Shown here in pieces: positions 25,327 to 39,100 of a DNA stretch of 64,000 nucleotides (position 1 is the first letter of the stretch; every line of letters starts with the position of its first letter). The notes under the pieces are model-generated. The model was not told the origin of the DNA and did not search any database. It saw only the letters and a program-made list of their open reading frames with translations. This stretch comes from Marsupella aquatica (Eukaryota > Plantae > Marchantiophyta). The stretch is taken from positions 5,459,241-5,523,240 of the forward strand of contig OZ316899.1 of assembly GCA_973895155.1 (NCBI GenBank), read 5' to 3'. A program made the position numbers and the translations under genes.

Positions 25327-28219
25327 TGTGTGTTCAAGGCTAGAGCCGGTTGTCATTGTTGGCCAATTGGCCTCAGCTGTAACGATGATCATCAATTATC
25401 AGTTATCAATTTTGCAGCATTGAAATTTCTTAATCTCAACTCAGTAGTTGAGATGGGGCCTTTGCACTTTTGCGCATCTCAGCTAGGCAATTGAGATTGA
25501 CTCAATGTAAGTTGACCTTGCCAAGATCTATGTACGGACCAAAAAAATTGGGGGGAAAAAAATTGTTGAAACCCCCCCCCCCCCCAAAAAAAAAAACCGA
25601 TGAATTTCATGTCCGTACCGTATGGACACTTGGTCATCTTGACTAGTCTCCTGAGATATGGTATCTATTTGGTACAGACAACCATAGTGAAAAAAAATTC
25701 CAAACAAGTGTTTTTTCTCCATCAAATTTTGAGAAAAAAATCCAATTTTTTTTGTGCATTTTTTGGGGGCGCCGCAACTTGGCGGTCTCTCTGAGATGAC
25801 ATGGTGACTAATATTAGGTCAACTGATGGAGATAATTGACAACTGATAATGTAACTTTACTCATTGGCCTCACATAGTTTACCAACTTGCTCACCAACGT
25901 TGGAATGGAGTCTACTGGTTTCCCCAAGGTATTCACAGTGTCAACCACAATTTTAACTTTAGTTGGGCTGCAAGCTCTCTGCATGGTCCTGGGGGTCAGG
26001 GTTACCTAAAGCCCCGCAGGTCATGGATTGGCAATTGCCCAACAGTTGGGCTCTACTTGTGGAATTGGGTCCTTGTACCCAATACAATCATTCAGTCCCC
26101 AAGTCATCAAAGTTCGTAGATGACAACAGGTTACATCCTTGGTTTCTTAGTAGCCTAGTTCTATGGGTACAGGGTGGTACTAGGCTGTTGTCTGAAGTCT
26201 CGGATCCACCTCCTCCATTGCATTTCCCCCAATGACAACCCCTGCTTAACATCAGCCCAATCATGACCTCCTATACTCTTCCTAGTGGCATTGGTGCAAC
26301 ACTCTCTCCTTGGGTACACTCTACTCAACTTTTTGGAGTCTATAGTTCTTCCTCTCCTAATTCCCCAATCTCCATTCCTCTTGCTACAACATCTTATCCC
26401 TAACAAAACAACAATGATTCCCAGGATGAAAGGTTAAGACTATCTTGATGCCCAAAGATATATTCTAATGATCTACATTAAGCTGCTCTAGCAACTTCTT
26501 GCATAGGAAACCAGAATAATCTCTTGACGTGCTCAAAGTTTGAGCCAACAACCATTGACATTTGTTTGCCTCAAGCCACCTCCCCAGCATTCATAGAGTG
26601 AGTCTCACGAACTTCATAATTTGTTCATGAAGTGGACTTGTGCATTAAGTCTTGAGAAATACTTTGTCTCTAGGTATGTTCTTCTTTGAATTCTTTAAAA
26701 ATGTCACCCGTTTCCAAAGAACCAGGGTTTAGGGTTTAGTAGTACCTCCAAATTCAGATAGAAGGCCTTGGCTACCACCTTCTTGCTCAATTGAAACTCA
26801 CCATCAAATCACTACAACACTATGGCCCCATATTGCGAGCCAAAATCATTTGCAAACAACAAAGGGACACAAAAAGTTGAATCGTTACCTGCAAACCAAA
26901 TTGCATCGCAACAGGATCACACTTTCCCATGCCTAGTCCTTTGCAAATGGGCCTTTGCAACTACATTGCAACTTGCAAAGATAACTATTTTGCAAAACAA
27001 ACGCAATCTTGCGATTACATAAACTTCCAAAAAATAGCCAGTCCGCGACCATTGCCCACTTTGCGGCACAAGCACCCTTGGAGTTTTTCCAAAGCAGCAT
27101 GGCTCACTTTTTTACAAGGTAGTAACGCTTGCAAGGTTGCAATCCTATATTCTTCTTAAAGTTGCGATATATAAGGAATCGCTTGCTTGCAAAGCCAATT
27201 ACAACGCAATATTTGCGAGTCTGTAAATGTTGCAAGGTTTGTGATGTGTTTTTGGACACTTTGTTTGCGATGAAATTATACTCTGAAGTTGCAAAGGGCT
27301 GAGTATCGCAATTGCTTTGCAAAAAGGGGGAATCTTTGAAATTGGTTTGTGATTCTAGTTTAGGGTTCAGGCCTGGGCTGTTGCACTACCAAAACCACTA
27401 CCACGGGGTGATGCAAAAGACTGGTCTCCAGTGCTAGTGGGCCCGACATGACTACCAGGAGCAGTGCTTGCATCCTCGTTGTTGCTACTAGCAATGTCAC
27501 CCTCCTTGTGAGAGGTACTAAACCCCTCTGGTGCCTGTTTCCACACAAACAAAAAGGGTACCAATTAGTGGCTTCCCTTTAACCTAACAAATGTCTTCAC
27601 AATAATCTGTCTCATGAATGCCAAGGGTCCAAAAATGTAAAAACGCTCACCAACAACTCATCAACTTGCCAAAATAGAGTCTCCTTTCCATGCTTCTGCC
27701 CCACCTCCATTTCTGTTGGGGTGATCTTCCTCCTATACTTCTTGTACTATGCATCACCAACACCAGCAAAAAGAAGAGGAAACAGCCAAGGATTAGGCCC
27801 ACACTAAAATCTAAACTCATGTATAAGGGGTAGGAAAGGTTGGGGTGGATTTAGGAGGGTTATGGTGGGGGTGGGGGTGGGGGTGTTGGGGCCTCAAGGG
27901 CGTTAAGGGCCAAACCTTAACATTCAAACAGGTTTGTTTTTGGATTTTCAAAGCCCATACCTTCACAGAAAGCAGCATAATTACGTTTGCAAAGCTGTTT
28001 GTGATGCGCGTTGCTTTGCAACTACTTCGCAAAATCTCCCCCAAAAACATTAATAATAGTGTTTGCAAATGTCTTGCAAAGCAACACGCATCGCAAAAGC
28101 TTTGCAAACTCTATTATGACCAAAAACTGTGACCAACCTGAGTGTGCACGACCTAAAAGGACTTGTCAGGTTCAACAATAACTACTTGCTAGCAAAAGGG
28201 AAACAATTGGGTCCCATTG

Positions 28220-29370
28220 CAAATGTCTTCAAACAGGAATTGGAGAAGGAAGGAGTAAAGGGAGGAGAGGGAGGCACTCACAAATGCTGCCTTGAGGCCG
28301 GGGAGGCCACCTTGACCGAGCCTGTGGGTTATGTTGGGCTTCTCCTAGATGCGCTCAACTGCCTTGAGGAATTTCTTTGGCGGAGTGCCAACATCTGCCA
28401 CAACCTGCTAGAGTTGGGCCACCTTTTGCTCCATAGTTTTCAGGTCACGGTCAGACATCCCGACCTCTCTTGCCTTTTGGGCCTTTGCCAGCTTCTCAGT
28501 GAATTCCTTGAGGAGCCTGGGTGCTTTGAGCTTCACCTCAGTCTAGTAGAAGGCGTTCCAGACGTCGTCAAAGAATTGCAGCGGCCTCTGCAGATTTTTG
28601 TACTCCTCCAGGTCTCTCAAGTGAGTATTTAACCTATTGTGGTATCTTGCTTGGGACATAGAACTGCCAATTGTCTGCAAGCCACTATGAGTCAATCTCT
28701 CCTCCGTTTCAAAATGCATCCTTCACTTGATTCATCACTTGCCTCTGCTCTGCCTTTGAAACACTGCCCCACTCAACCCCTCGAGCAAATTGGTTGACAC
28801 AATGTGCCTGATTGTGCTTTTTGCCCAAGATAAGCCAGCTCTGCTGGAATTCCTTCTTCCTTGAGAGTAATCAGGGGCAACTTCTTCTTGGCCTCCTTCT
28901 TTCTCTGCTCTTCCCTTTGCTTCCTGATCAGGTCTTGCTCTTCCTTCCTTCTCTTCTTTTCCAGGGCATGAGGGGAGAGGACTCCGGCCTGAGCCCTCTC
29001 ATCGCTCTTCCTCTTCTTCTCAATAGACTTCTGCTCTGCTGCCTTCTTCTCCTCCTCATCCCTTGTTGTGTGCCATGCAATCATACCATATTTCAATGCC
29101 TAGCCTAAAATTGCACTCAATGATCCCAGCCCTGCTGGTGTGGTCAAATCCAGTTTGCTCAACTATGCCATTGAAAAGTGCTCCTCCACCATCTTTTGCA
29201 ATAGGTCCTCCCCCCCTTTGTTACCCCCATTGCTACCAGAAGCTCCATCCCCTCCAGCACTACCTCCTCCACTCGCCATTGCTCCGTCCGCACCCTAACC
29301 TTTGCTCTTCCGATGAAAAAATGCACTCTCTTGGCTGTTTTGCGCTTGGTATTCATAAGGGTCAATGGAG
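28220..29370 (-). pseudogene. Degenerate coiled-coil/charged protein of unknown function, probably TE-derived
   Basis: K/E-rich ORF 28773-29096 and neighbouring broken frames, flanked by TTGCAA-rich non-coding blocks; no recognisable motif. Confidence 0.3.
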
Positions 29371-29769
29371 ATAGGGTTTGCAAAACTCTACGCATCTCAA
29401 CTTGCAATGCAAAAGCTTTTGCAAAAAGCATTGCAAACGCCTCCATTTGCAAGGGTTAATGTTTTGCAACAAGGTTTCCACTTGAGATTGCAAAAACTTT
29501 CTTCTTGCACCCATCACGTGTGAATTTGAGTTTTGAAGTAAGGTGGGGGGTATACTTAAGCAAGTGTATTAGTGGTAAGACTAATAAGCTAAGGTATGTA
29601 GGAGGGGTTTTAAGGTTGGAGGGATATGAAGGATGGTGTTCCCTATTGTTGTTTGAGATTATGGCCAATTTAGGAGAGATAAACGATTTGGGTTTGTTTG
29701 AATATGGAGCATAGTCAATTAGCACGACAAAACATAGAAAGATAAGAGGTTTGGAGTTTGGAGTTTGGG

Positions 29770-30250
29770 TTTTGGCATTTGTTATTTTAGAGGGAATATA
29801 GGAGGGCTTAAGGGTTTAGAGTTAAGGGTCTTATGGTAATTTTGGAGGGTGAGACCTTGGCTTTGGCATTGGGTACTAACACATGGTAAGAGGGATTTGG
29901 CATGTGAATTTTTGGTAATTTAGGAGGGTAAGAGGGGTTTTGGCATTTGCTCTTTAGAGGAACATAGGAGGGCTTGAGTGGTGAGGCTTTAGGTCAGATT
30001 ATAATAATTTAGGAGGGTAAGACCCTTGGCTTTGGCATTTAAGGCAACTCATGGTAAGAGGGGTTTGGCATGTGAGTTTCAGGGCAATTTAGGAGGGTAA
30101 GAGGGGTTTGGGGATTTGCTCTTTAGAGGAACATAGGAGGGCTTTAAGTGGTGAGGGTTTAGGGTCAAATTATGTTAATTTAGGAGGGTAAGACCCTTGG
30201 CTTTGGCATTTAGGGTTTATGGTAACTTATGAGGGTAAGAGGGGGTTGGT
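29770..30250. repeat. Degenerate ~171-bp tandem repeat with internal subrepeats
   Basis: AATTTAGGAGGGTAAGA recurs near 29918, 30007, 30088, 30177 (alternating, 171-bp period). Confidence 0.7.
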
Positions 30251-30292
30251 GTTTGAATATTATGATAACATAGGAGGGAAGCATAATATATA

Positions 30293-31951
30293 TGATGCAG
30301 GGTGATGTCGTGTGCATACACATTGCTACACAACATACATCACTTGTCACATACATCCAGACATAGTCACACTGCCAAATCACAAACACAAGAGAATGGA
30401 ATAGCGATGAACCTTGCCACCCAGCACCCTCACCAATCCCAGCACCCACGCCTAAGTGCCCATGGTGCCCGAACGCCACCACTGCATACCTTGAGCAAGC
30501 CACCTAGTGCCCCTTGCACCAACCCGCGGCCTCTCCCATACGAAGCCGCACTTGCTCACCAACCCAACCGCTACTCAACGGTCCTCACTGCCTGCACAAG
30601 CAACCAAGCACCTCGGTAAGTAACCCTTCAAGATCTAGCCCTTGCCAAGTCTAACATCCTAACTCAAGCTCAACAAACGTTGGTAAATAGGTCAGCGATA
30701 GGTCCTCCCAATGCCATAAGCCGGAACCAGAACCCACGCCCACTATTTGTCCAGAACAGCCCCTTCCTTGGGCGCGGCCCGGGTTCCCCCATGTTCCTAT
30801 CCATCACCAACTGACCGCCCTAACCCTAGGACATGCTCATGGCCCAAATAGTATAGCTTGTCCGAAAGCTTGTCCCAAGCTTGTCCCAACACATCGGGAC
30901 CATAATGGCCCCGACTCTAGCAACCAACTCCCGGTTCTTGCCCCATTGATGGTCTAGGGGCCAAGAACCCTTGGAACTCTACCTCCATGCCAACTTGGCC
31001 TTGCCTCCCCAACGCAAGCTCCCTTGGGAGACTGAACACGGTTTGGCTGCTGTTCGGCAGGATTTGGCAAGCAGGCAAGCTAACACCCGCAAACCTTGAG
31101 AACCCATGGCACCCCCAGACCCAGCTGAGAGCTTTCCAACATGTAGCCCTCCACACATAGCCCTCCTTGAGAGCTTTCCAACACAGCCAAAAAGTCCTCC
31201 AACTGACTTCCCATTGGGAAGATATTGCCATTTTTGTTTGCTGCTTTCCCTTAGTGTCGCGGCTCACGACTTTGGCTCGCCCTTGGCCCCCAGAGAGACA
31301 CCACTCCCCTCATATATGCTTCTGGAGACCTGTCATCCCCAAACCAACTTTGGTCCCTAAACTTTTGGCCTCCAACCCGGATCCTATCGCCCATACTGGG
31401 CGCGCCATTAATTGACAACGCCCATAACTTTCTCATTTCGCGTCCGCAAGCTGAGTGCCTTCGCCCATTGTGATTGGGCTGACCCAATGCTCATGCCTAG
31501 GCCCTCGGTCTCATCACCACTTGAGTCCCCAATTGGCCAAACCCGGATCGGGCCATAACTCACGTTCCAAGCGTCCGTTGCCCATGGCGTCAACTCCATT
31601 GGCCTTGGGCCTAAGAGGAGCTTACACTCAAGCCCTTAGAACTCAAAGTCCATCTGGGGGTCCGGACGGTCGACCTTGAGCCTGGCCCCTTTCCCCCTTG
31701 ACCCGACCAGCTCTCAACTAGCCTAAGTCCTTAGTGTGTCTCACTAGCTTGGCTCGTTGCCTTTGCTAGTGCCACGTCTCATTGCCCACAAGTCTCCCCA
31801 TGCTAAGTCCTCCTTGGATGGCCTATCCGGGCCTGGACCATAAGGGAGCTCGGCGTCGGAGTCAACAATGTCAAAGCTAAGTGTTAAGGTAGTCAAGTTC
31901 CGCGACTGGAATACAAGTGGAACTCATGTCCACACATGTCCAAAACCCACA
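30293..31951 (-). repeat. Putative 3' LTR of the gypsy element
   Basis: On minus strand begins TGTGGG right after PPT AAGGGGGCAAT; distal end is a guess because no partner LTR is in the window. Confidence 0.5.
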
Positions 31952-32129
31952 ATTGCCCCCTTAGCTGGGAGTAAGGTCCCCTAACTCTAGCTAGCCATGA
32001 GTTCTATAAGGTTGATATACACCTTTTTAGGTGTGAAGATCAGGGGGCCAGGTGCAAGTGAGCCCCATTGATCATCTACCTGCAATCCATATCTTCCAAG
32101 AGAACATAACTGATAACTAGTTGGATTCA

Positions 32130-35100
32130 CCGACATTGAGGACACAACCATGATCCACTAGGATTGCCTGCAATGGTGGTGTCAAACACGACATGTGTCA
32201 TCCTCTAAAACACTTATCACAAATCAACATAGTAGTTGCATACACTTCAAACCAACACAAACATGTGCTAAGCTTGGATCCACCGTACCATCAATACTTG
32301 GAAGATGACATGGTGCACAATTGCGCACATGATCCTTCTAAACTATACCATCACGCCCTTCCAACATTAGGACACCAGAAGGTATCACTTCACGCACAAG
32401 TAAAATGGTCCGACCCACGGTCACATCAAGTGTAGTTGGTGCTGTCTACTGCAAATAAACATAATCACCAGGATGAAATTATCAAATCTTTGCACGATAA
32501 CCTCCTCCACAAATAGTGGCATACCGCAAAGTATCACAATGTTGGGCAATGGCAAGGTTGTGAAAGGCCATGGGCATGACACTCTCAAAAATCCTTGCCC
32601 TCTCTGAACAAACCTTGACCCAAACATTGGGATTATCCAAGTTCACAACCGATATAGTATCACGACGAATAGCTGCTGGCAAATCTGGCTCTCTACCATA
32701 GAGCAAGAAATAAGGTGAGAAGGATGTAAGTGATGCTTATTGACAGAAACGTTAGCCCATAGCTAACCAAGGTAACTAGAGATCTCAGTCTCCCAGATGA
32801 CCAACCTGCAAGCCATACTTGTGCAATCCTCTGTTCACAGTTTGCACTACTCTCTCAGCCAATCCACTTGCCTCGGGATGATCACGAGAAGTAGTACAAT
32901 GATCAATCAGAGCTTGCTTGCATAAACTCTCAAACTCTCCTCGGAACTCAGTTCCTTGATCAGTCAACACCTCAGTTGGTGCTCCAAAATGACTTAGTAC
33001 ACGATCCAAAAATGTGGTAGCAACTCCTCCACTAGCTCAATCCATTTGGAGAAGTGCTCCACCATAACCAAATCATACCAATTCTGTTGTTGGGTAAGAG
33101 GCAATGGACTAGCAAAGTCCAAACTCCATCTATACCCCAAACCCATGATCAACAATGGATGCAATTGGGGAGTGGGAGCATTGAAGGATGCTCTCACTCG
33201 ATCACATACCACACACTTAGCTATCAGTTGCTGGACATGAGTGTGCATACCACGCCACCAATACTGTGTTTGCAGCAAACTGTAAGTGCGCTTCACACCA
33301 AAGTGACCCAACTCTTTGTGCGCATGTCACACCAAATGTACTTGTTGTGATGATTTTGGTACCACCAATACCTTACAATCACGTAGTACTCTCAAAAGAT
33401 TGTTTTCTTCCCATCAAAACCTCTTGGCTCTTTGCGGAACCCTGTCACGCTCCTTGGCATCAACACTGCCACCAATAGAACCAGTGCCCAGGTATTTCAA
33501 CACTCTCTCATCATTGTGAATATCCTGCTGTTCCACCACAACCTCACCAACATCCATATCTATAGACTCACCATCTACTTCATCCAATGGAGTAGAGGCC
33601 ACAGATCCACTGCATGCTGGAACCTAACAGAGTAAAGCAGATGCATGTCATCCTGGCACCATCTCCTTATCTGACTCATCATGCCATCTGGCTCTAGTCT
33701 CATCCTCTTGACTGGTACATGGATTGTGGCTCAATCCATCCGCATCCAAGTTCACCTTTCCAGGCCTATGCACAACCTAGAAATCATAATCCTGTAACAA
33801 CAATGTCCATTGTGCAAGCTTTCCTATAAGCTTGTCAAACTCCATTAACCGCTTGAGAGGCTGATGATTAGTGATCAAGGTGAAGGGGTTACCAAACAAG
33901 TAGCAACAAAAATGTGTCACAACCCACATTGTTGCCAAACACTCTCCCTCATTAGAGTTATACTTAGCCTCTACTTCATTGTTTGATCTACTGGCATATG
34001 CCACAACAAACTCATTCCCCTCATCATCCTTTTGAGTCAACACTGCTCCAAGTCCTACTCCACTCCAATCAGTGTGTAGCTAAAATGGTCTCGGTGAAAT
34101 GGGTCTTCTCAAAATAGGGCATGATGCCAATCTTTCTTTCAACTCCTAAAAGGCATGCTCCTTGTCATCACCCCAAATCCACTCCTAATCCAACTTAGTG
34201 AGTATGGTTAAAGGTTTAGCAAGCTGGCTAAATCCTTTAACATACTTCCTGTAGTAGCTTGTCAATCCCAAGAATGCATGAATTCTACTCACATCAATAG
34301 GACAAGGAATCTGTGTAATGGCCTCCACCTTAGTCTGCTGCACACCCAATCCCCCTAGGTAGATAGTGTGGCCAAAATACTCAGTCCGGTCTTGGAAGAA
34401 TTTACACTTGCCAAGGTGGATTTTCAACCCATGTTCTCTCAATCTCTCCAATACAATCTACAAGTGCTATTGATGTTCTTCCATAGTGGAAGAATAGACC
34501 AAAATATCATCAATGTAACATTTGACAAAATCCAAACCTGCAAGAATTTGATCCATGATTCTCTAGAATTCAGTTGGTGCATTCTTCAACCCAAATGGTA
34601 AGAACAACCACTGATACAAACGATCCTTGCCATGCAAATCAATTCCCCAAAATGTTGTTTTGGACCTGTTAGAATGTCTGATTGGAAGCTGATGGTACCC
34701 TGCCCTCAGATCCAATGAACTAAAAACCTTTGCATGCCCCACAGCATCAAAGATCTCCTTAGGTGTGGGCATGGCATATCAATCAGATTTTGTCTGACGA
34801 TTAATAGGTCGGTAATCACCACACATGCGCCTATCCCTATAATTACCATGCACATCCTTCTTGGCTGACATCACTATGGCAGATGCATACTCCCTGTATG
34901 AGATCTCCACCAAACCAGACTCCAACAAATCCTGAGTTCTGCTCTGAATCAAATCTCTCTCCATGTCATTGTAACAGTATGGTGTACGAAAGATTGGCGC
35001 ATCACTAGCCAATTCAATCTAAATACCAGGGCCCTTCAATGTCCCCAAATCATTCATGCTGAATGCAAAACAATTCCAGTAACTCTTTAAGAATCGATGC

Positions 35101-35200
35101 ATGCGACGTCTCTCCTCCTGTGTTAACTTAGGACCAATCTGTGGCTCCCAACTCTCCACCAAATCCCTAATATCTTTTTGTAGGGTAGAAGAGATAGCCG
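32130..35200 (-). pseudogene. gypsy pol: RT - RNase H - integrase - C-terminal PHD finger
   Basis: RMCGDYRPIN, LDLRAGYHQ, PFGLKNAP, YIDD; TDWS..AYASRS..EGECLA; GHFG..CVVC, WSLDF, LTDQGTEF, GLAER; MLICDKCFRG*HMSCLTPPL...GSWLCPQC at ~32130-32235. Confidence 0.92.
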
Positions 35201-35399
35201 ATGATTGCTATTTAGCAGTAGATTGAGCAGTCCTTTCCTGCTCAACAATCTGTCCAACCTTGGCCAATCCTGCCATAGGTCCATGGATTGTCTGCGCGCC
35301 CCCAGTTGTGGCCACTACTGTCTCAGTAGGCCGCAAGCTCACCAATGGACGATCTATAACACCAGCAGAGCGCATCCAAAATTGCTCTACTACTCCCAA

Positions 35400-35702
35400 A
35401 CTAACAACTCAAATCCATGGCTTGACCAAGGACCTGGCAGCATGAACTCTCTGACATAGATGCAACAACAGTTGTACCACTCTCTCTCATCAGCAGTGGG
35501 CTCCACTAACTGTCATAGAGTTGTATCCTACACAAGTCTAGGAACACATGCGCTGAAAGCATATGAAGCAGAATGGCTCACAAAATTGGGTAATGCACAA
35601 CATGGGCGCCCAACCACATTGACTATGGCCAGTGGAGATCTGTCAGGCTGGGTCACACCCTGTGAATGATGCCTGGATCCAAAATATCATCCACTACCAA
35701 GG
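35400..35702 (-). pseudogene. C-terminal part of gypsy-borne C5 cytosine methyltransferase
   Basis: Continues the frame cut at the MULE TSD (PALV|VDDILD); EPTADERE (motif IX-like) and QVLGQAMD (motif X-like). Confidence 0.75.
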
Positions 35703-36181
35703 GGGTATAACCACCGTGCTAGCAAACAGTAAATAGATATTCTCATACGAGCCAATTTTTTCTCGTACAAGCAAAATTTTGTCTCGTACGAGTAAACAAG
35801 TTCCTCGTATGAGCATATCTATTTACTCGTACGAGTTTCTGTTTTCTTGTATGAGTTTCGGTTTTCTTGTATGAGTATTTTTTTTTCTTGTATGCATTTT
35901 AGTTTCTTCTCTTCAGGGTATAGCGTCCATATATGCAATAATTGTGCGGACAATATTATGGTGGGTCCCACCATTGTACAACATCAGAGGAAATTTCTTG
36001 ACGATTTCACACAAGGACTCCAATATATTGCCACAAAATATGAAGTCGAAACAAAGTCATACAATACTAGCGCCCGATGCTAGTATTGTATTATAAAAAA
36101 AACAACACTTTAAGAACACGCACTTCTGCCCGTTAGAAAAGACAAACTACAATTGTAGCTATTCAACGATAAAGCAACAGT

Positions 36182-39100
36182 CTACATTCTCGTTCCCAAC
36201 TGCCTATCAAGTATGTAACGGACTTCTCCCAACGTTAGAATTGGCTGGCTACATAATGTCGAATCGAGCACATCCAGTTTGAACACATTCTTGAACACCC
36301 AATACACATGTTTGCAAGGCATGTAAGGCTTCCGATAAGTATGCCGACGGTAGAAATCCTTGCAGGAGCAACATGGGAAACAACATATCTGAACCCAATA
36401 AGAGGCGACTGATCTCTCATGTTCATGGGTCCGGATACAAAACTGTTTCCCCAACGCATTTCCACTCGTGATCTCTCTCTCTCCAATGACGCTCATCACT
36501 TCTTTTTCAGAGGCTTCAATTCTCTTCAAATGTGTTTGGGTAAGATGCACTCTTTGCAAGCATTTCTTCACGTTCCTTGAAGCGCACCTCACAGATGGGT
36601 CAGTTAGGTTGATCCTCTCTGGGAAAAGATTGACATCAATCCGTAACGCAGAAGGCAACGGTGCTTTGATTTCATCTCCACGGCCTTCGGAGAGAATAAG
36701 TCCTTGTTCTTTCAAAAATTGAATCTCTGCTCCAAAAAGATTGGTCCCTCTGGCAATTGGGAGATGTGAAGGAACATTGGGAATGTTCGAGACTCCTCTC
36801 CTTGTTGTGCTTTGGTGAAAGTGGTTGTTGGGGCAAAACCATATCTGATCGTTATAAGGTTGCCCCCTGAACATTCTGCATCCTCTCACGGAAATTGCAA
36901 CAACACCATCTGGATTCGGAAGGCCAACCTTCTTTACTCAATTTTGACATTCATCACGACTACCTCCCCGTCCAAGGGTTCCGTTACACACTGGACCCGT
37001 ACCCCGTTTTGAGGTCCGACGCAACTGCCAGGCACCAGGAGGTACTTCACTTTCCATTGGGGAAACTGAATGACAATATGCAGTCTCGACAAGTCTTGCA
37101 GGGGTCACTGGTGGGACAGAGGATCTCGTTGCTCGATGCAAAGGTGTGTCAATGACCACAACTTCCTTAGAGGCATCGCTTTCTGACAAATTATGGACCG
37201 CATCAATTCCACCGGTTGAAGGCGTAGGGGTATAACCACCGTGACAGCAAACAGCAAACAACAAACAGCAAATAGTTACTCGTAACAGCAAACGGGTGGA
37301 AAAAAATTTGGATTTGTTTTTGGAATTTTTTTTGGGGAAAAATATTAAATTTTTTTTGTGAGTCGATATTTTTTGCCTAGCGCCCGGAGCTAGTAATAGT
37401 ATCGCCTTACACTAGCAAAAAGTTGTCATGTATTTAAATTATTTTGAAAATTGTGACTTTTAATGACACATTTTTAGATTGTCTAGTTTGCTCGTAACAG
37501 TAATTTTTTGCTCGTAACAGGAAATTTTTTGCTCGTAACAGTAAATCTATTTGCTATTTGCTATCACGGTGAAAACCCTCAAGCGTAGAAGGCATTTTCT
37601 CAAAATCAGTGGAATGCAGGTTTCTCCTTTTCAAACCTTTTGTATTTGGTGAAGTAACAAGGATGGTATCATGCCTGTGCGAGTCTTCAGCCGAGACGTT
37701 CCCAGTTGCATGTCCTTTTCGTTTCACTGATTGAGTTACAACATCACCATTCAATGGAACGCTTCTTTCCAAATCAAACTCAGCAGCATTCGACAGGAGG
37801 AGATTGGTGGCTTCCTCAAAGAGACGCGGCGACCCCGCCAGGTCCGCCAATCTGAAGGCAAGCTCAAAAATAGTTGGGCCAGTTCCTCTACTCAATCCCC
37901 TTTTGTATGTAGTATAAGCAACAATTTGAGCAACCGCTCTATTTTGGTCCGTTTTGCATCCTTCAAACAGACCCACCTTTTTTTCTGTTGCCATGCTTTC
38001 ATTCCAGCATGCCTAGATTCCGAACCAGTACAATTAGGAATCATCCCAGCTTCTTCGGCACTCTTGCTCTGAAACATTGCACGCAAGGGTTTAGTACATG
38101 TAAGAAATTGCACACAAAAGTGGCAACACAATGGAAATAACAGTAGCGCCAAACGCTAATAAACTGATGATGATATTTTCATGTAAAGAACCGTTGAACA
38201 CAGAATAAAGGTAGTCCTTACATCACTCATAGTCCAAACGGATTATTAGCGCTCGACGCTACTCCTGCGGATAAGGAACTCTTCTATCTCACACATGCTT
38301 CACTAGCGCCGAGCGCTATTAATGGGACCATGCATCCTAGAGCAGCGTATAACTCACCAGTCTTATGAAGTTCCCCCATTGTCTCCATCGGACAACCCAC
38401 CAAGACAGCCACCCTTGCAGCATCCGAAGTTTGCCTGAGTGACAATTGCCAGACCTCCACCAGTCATCGATTTCCCTTGAGATTCGATATGCTTTCAAGA
38501 AAGTTGGCACATTCCGAAGACGATCCCACATCTCCTTGTGCTCTACGTGCTTTCCATCTTTCACACCTTCTCGGGAATGACGATGAAAAGATTGGAAAAA
38601 ATGAAAGGCATCTGATCTTTCTCACTCTGGGTCGGGTACACCGTCAAAGAACACGTTTCGAACAACATTCCAACCAGCCTGAGCATTGTCCGCCATGAAT
38701 CCCCAAATTGTAACATCTTGTAAACCATTTTCATCGGCAACCTCTAGCATCAAACGCCAGGCTCTCTCCAGAGATTTTGCATCTTCGGCCTTTAGCTCAC
38801 AAGTGAATATGGTGCAAAGTGCCCGGTAATGATGATCATATACATGGGCACTGAAAGTAAGCCAATCTGCCGTGCTCCGATGCATCACGTCAAAACTTAC
38901 CCATGAACCCTCTAACGACCCACCAGGTTTCATTCTTTGGAGCAGGTCCAGACCACTTCCGTCACCTTTTATGGTCATTTTAAAGATATGAGCACTCTCG
39001 TCCCGGCAGCCTTGACCAGGGAGCAAGAACCTATGAAGAAAAGGCAGTCGGATACACTTTTGCATCCTCACAAGAAATTCCAGTTCCCCTTTCCCCTTCT

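Noticed and set aside
25340-25880. Possible foldback MITE (inverted segments ATTATCAGTT/AACTGATAAT, CATCTCAG/CTGAGATG)
   Set aside because: Termini and TSD could not be fixed confidently.
26725-30230. Interstitial telomere repeats (AGGGTTT)
   Set aside because: Only 1-2 consecutive units (e.g. ~26725-26739); telo-box-like, not an array.
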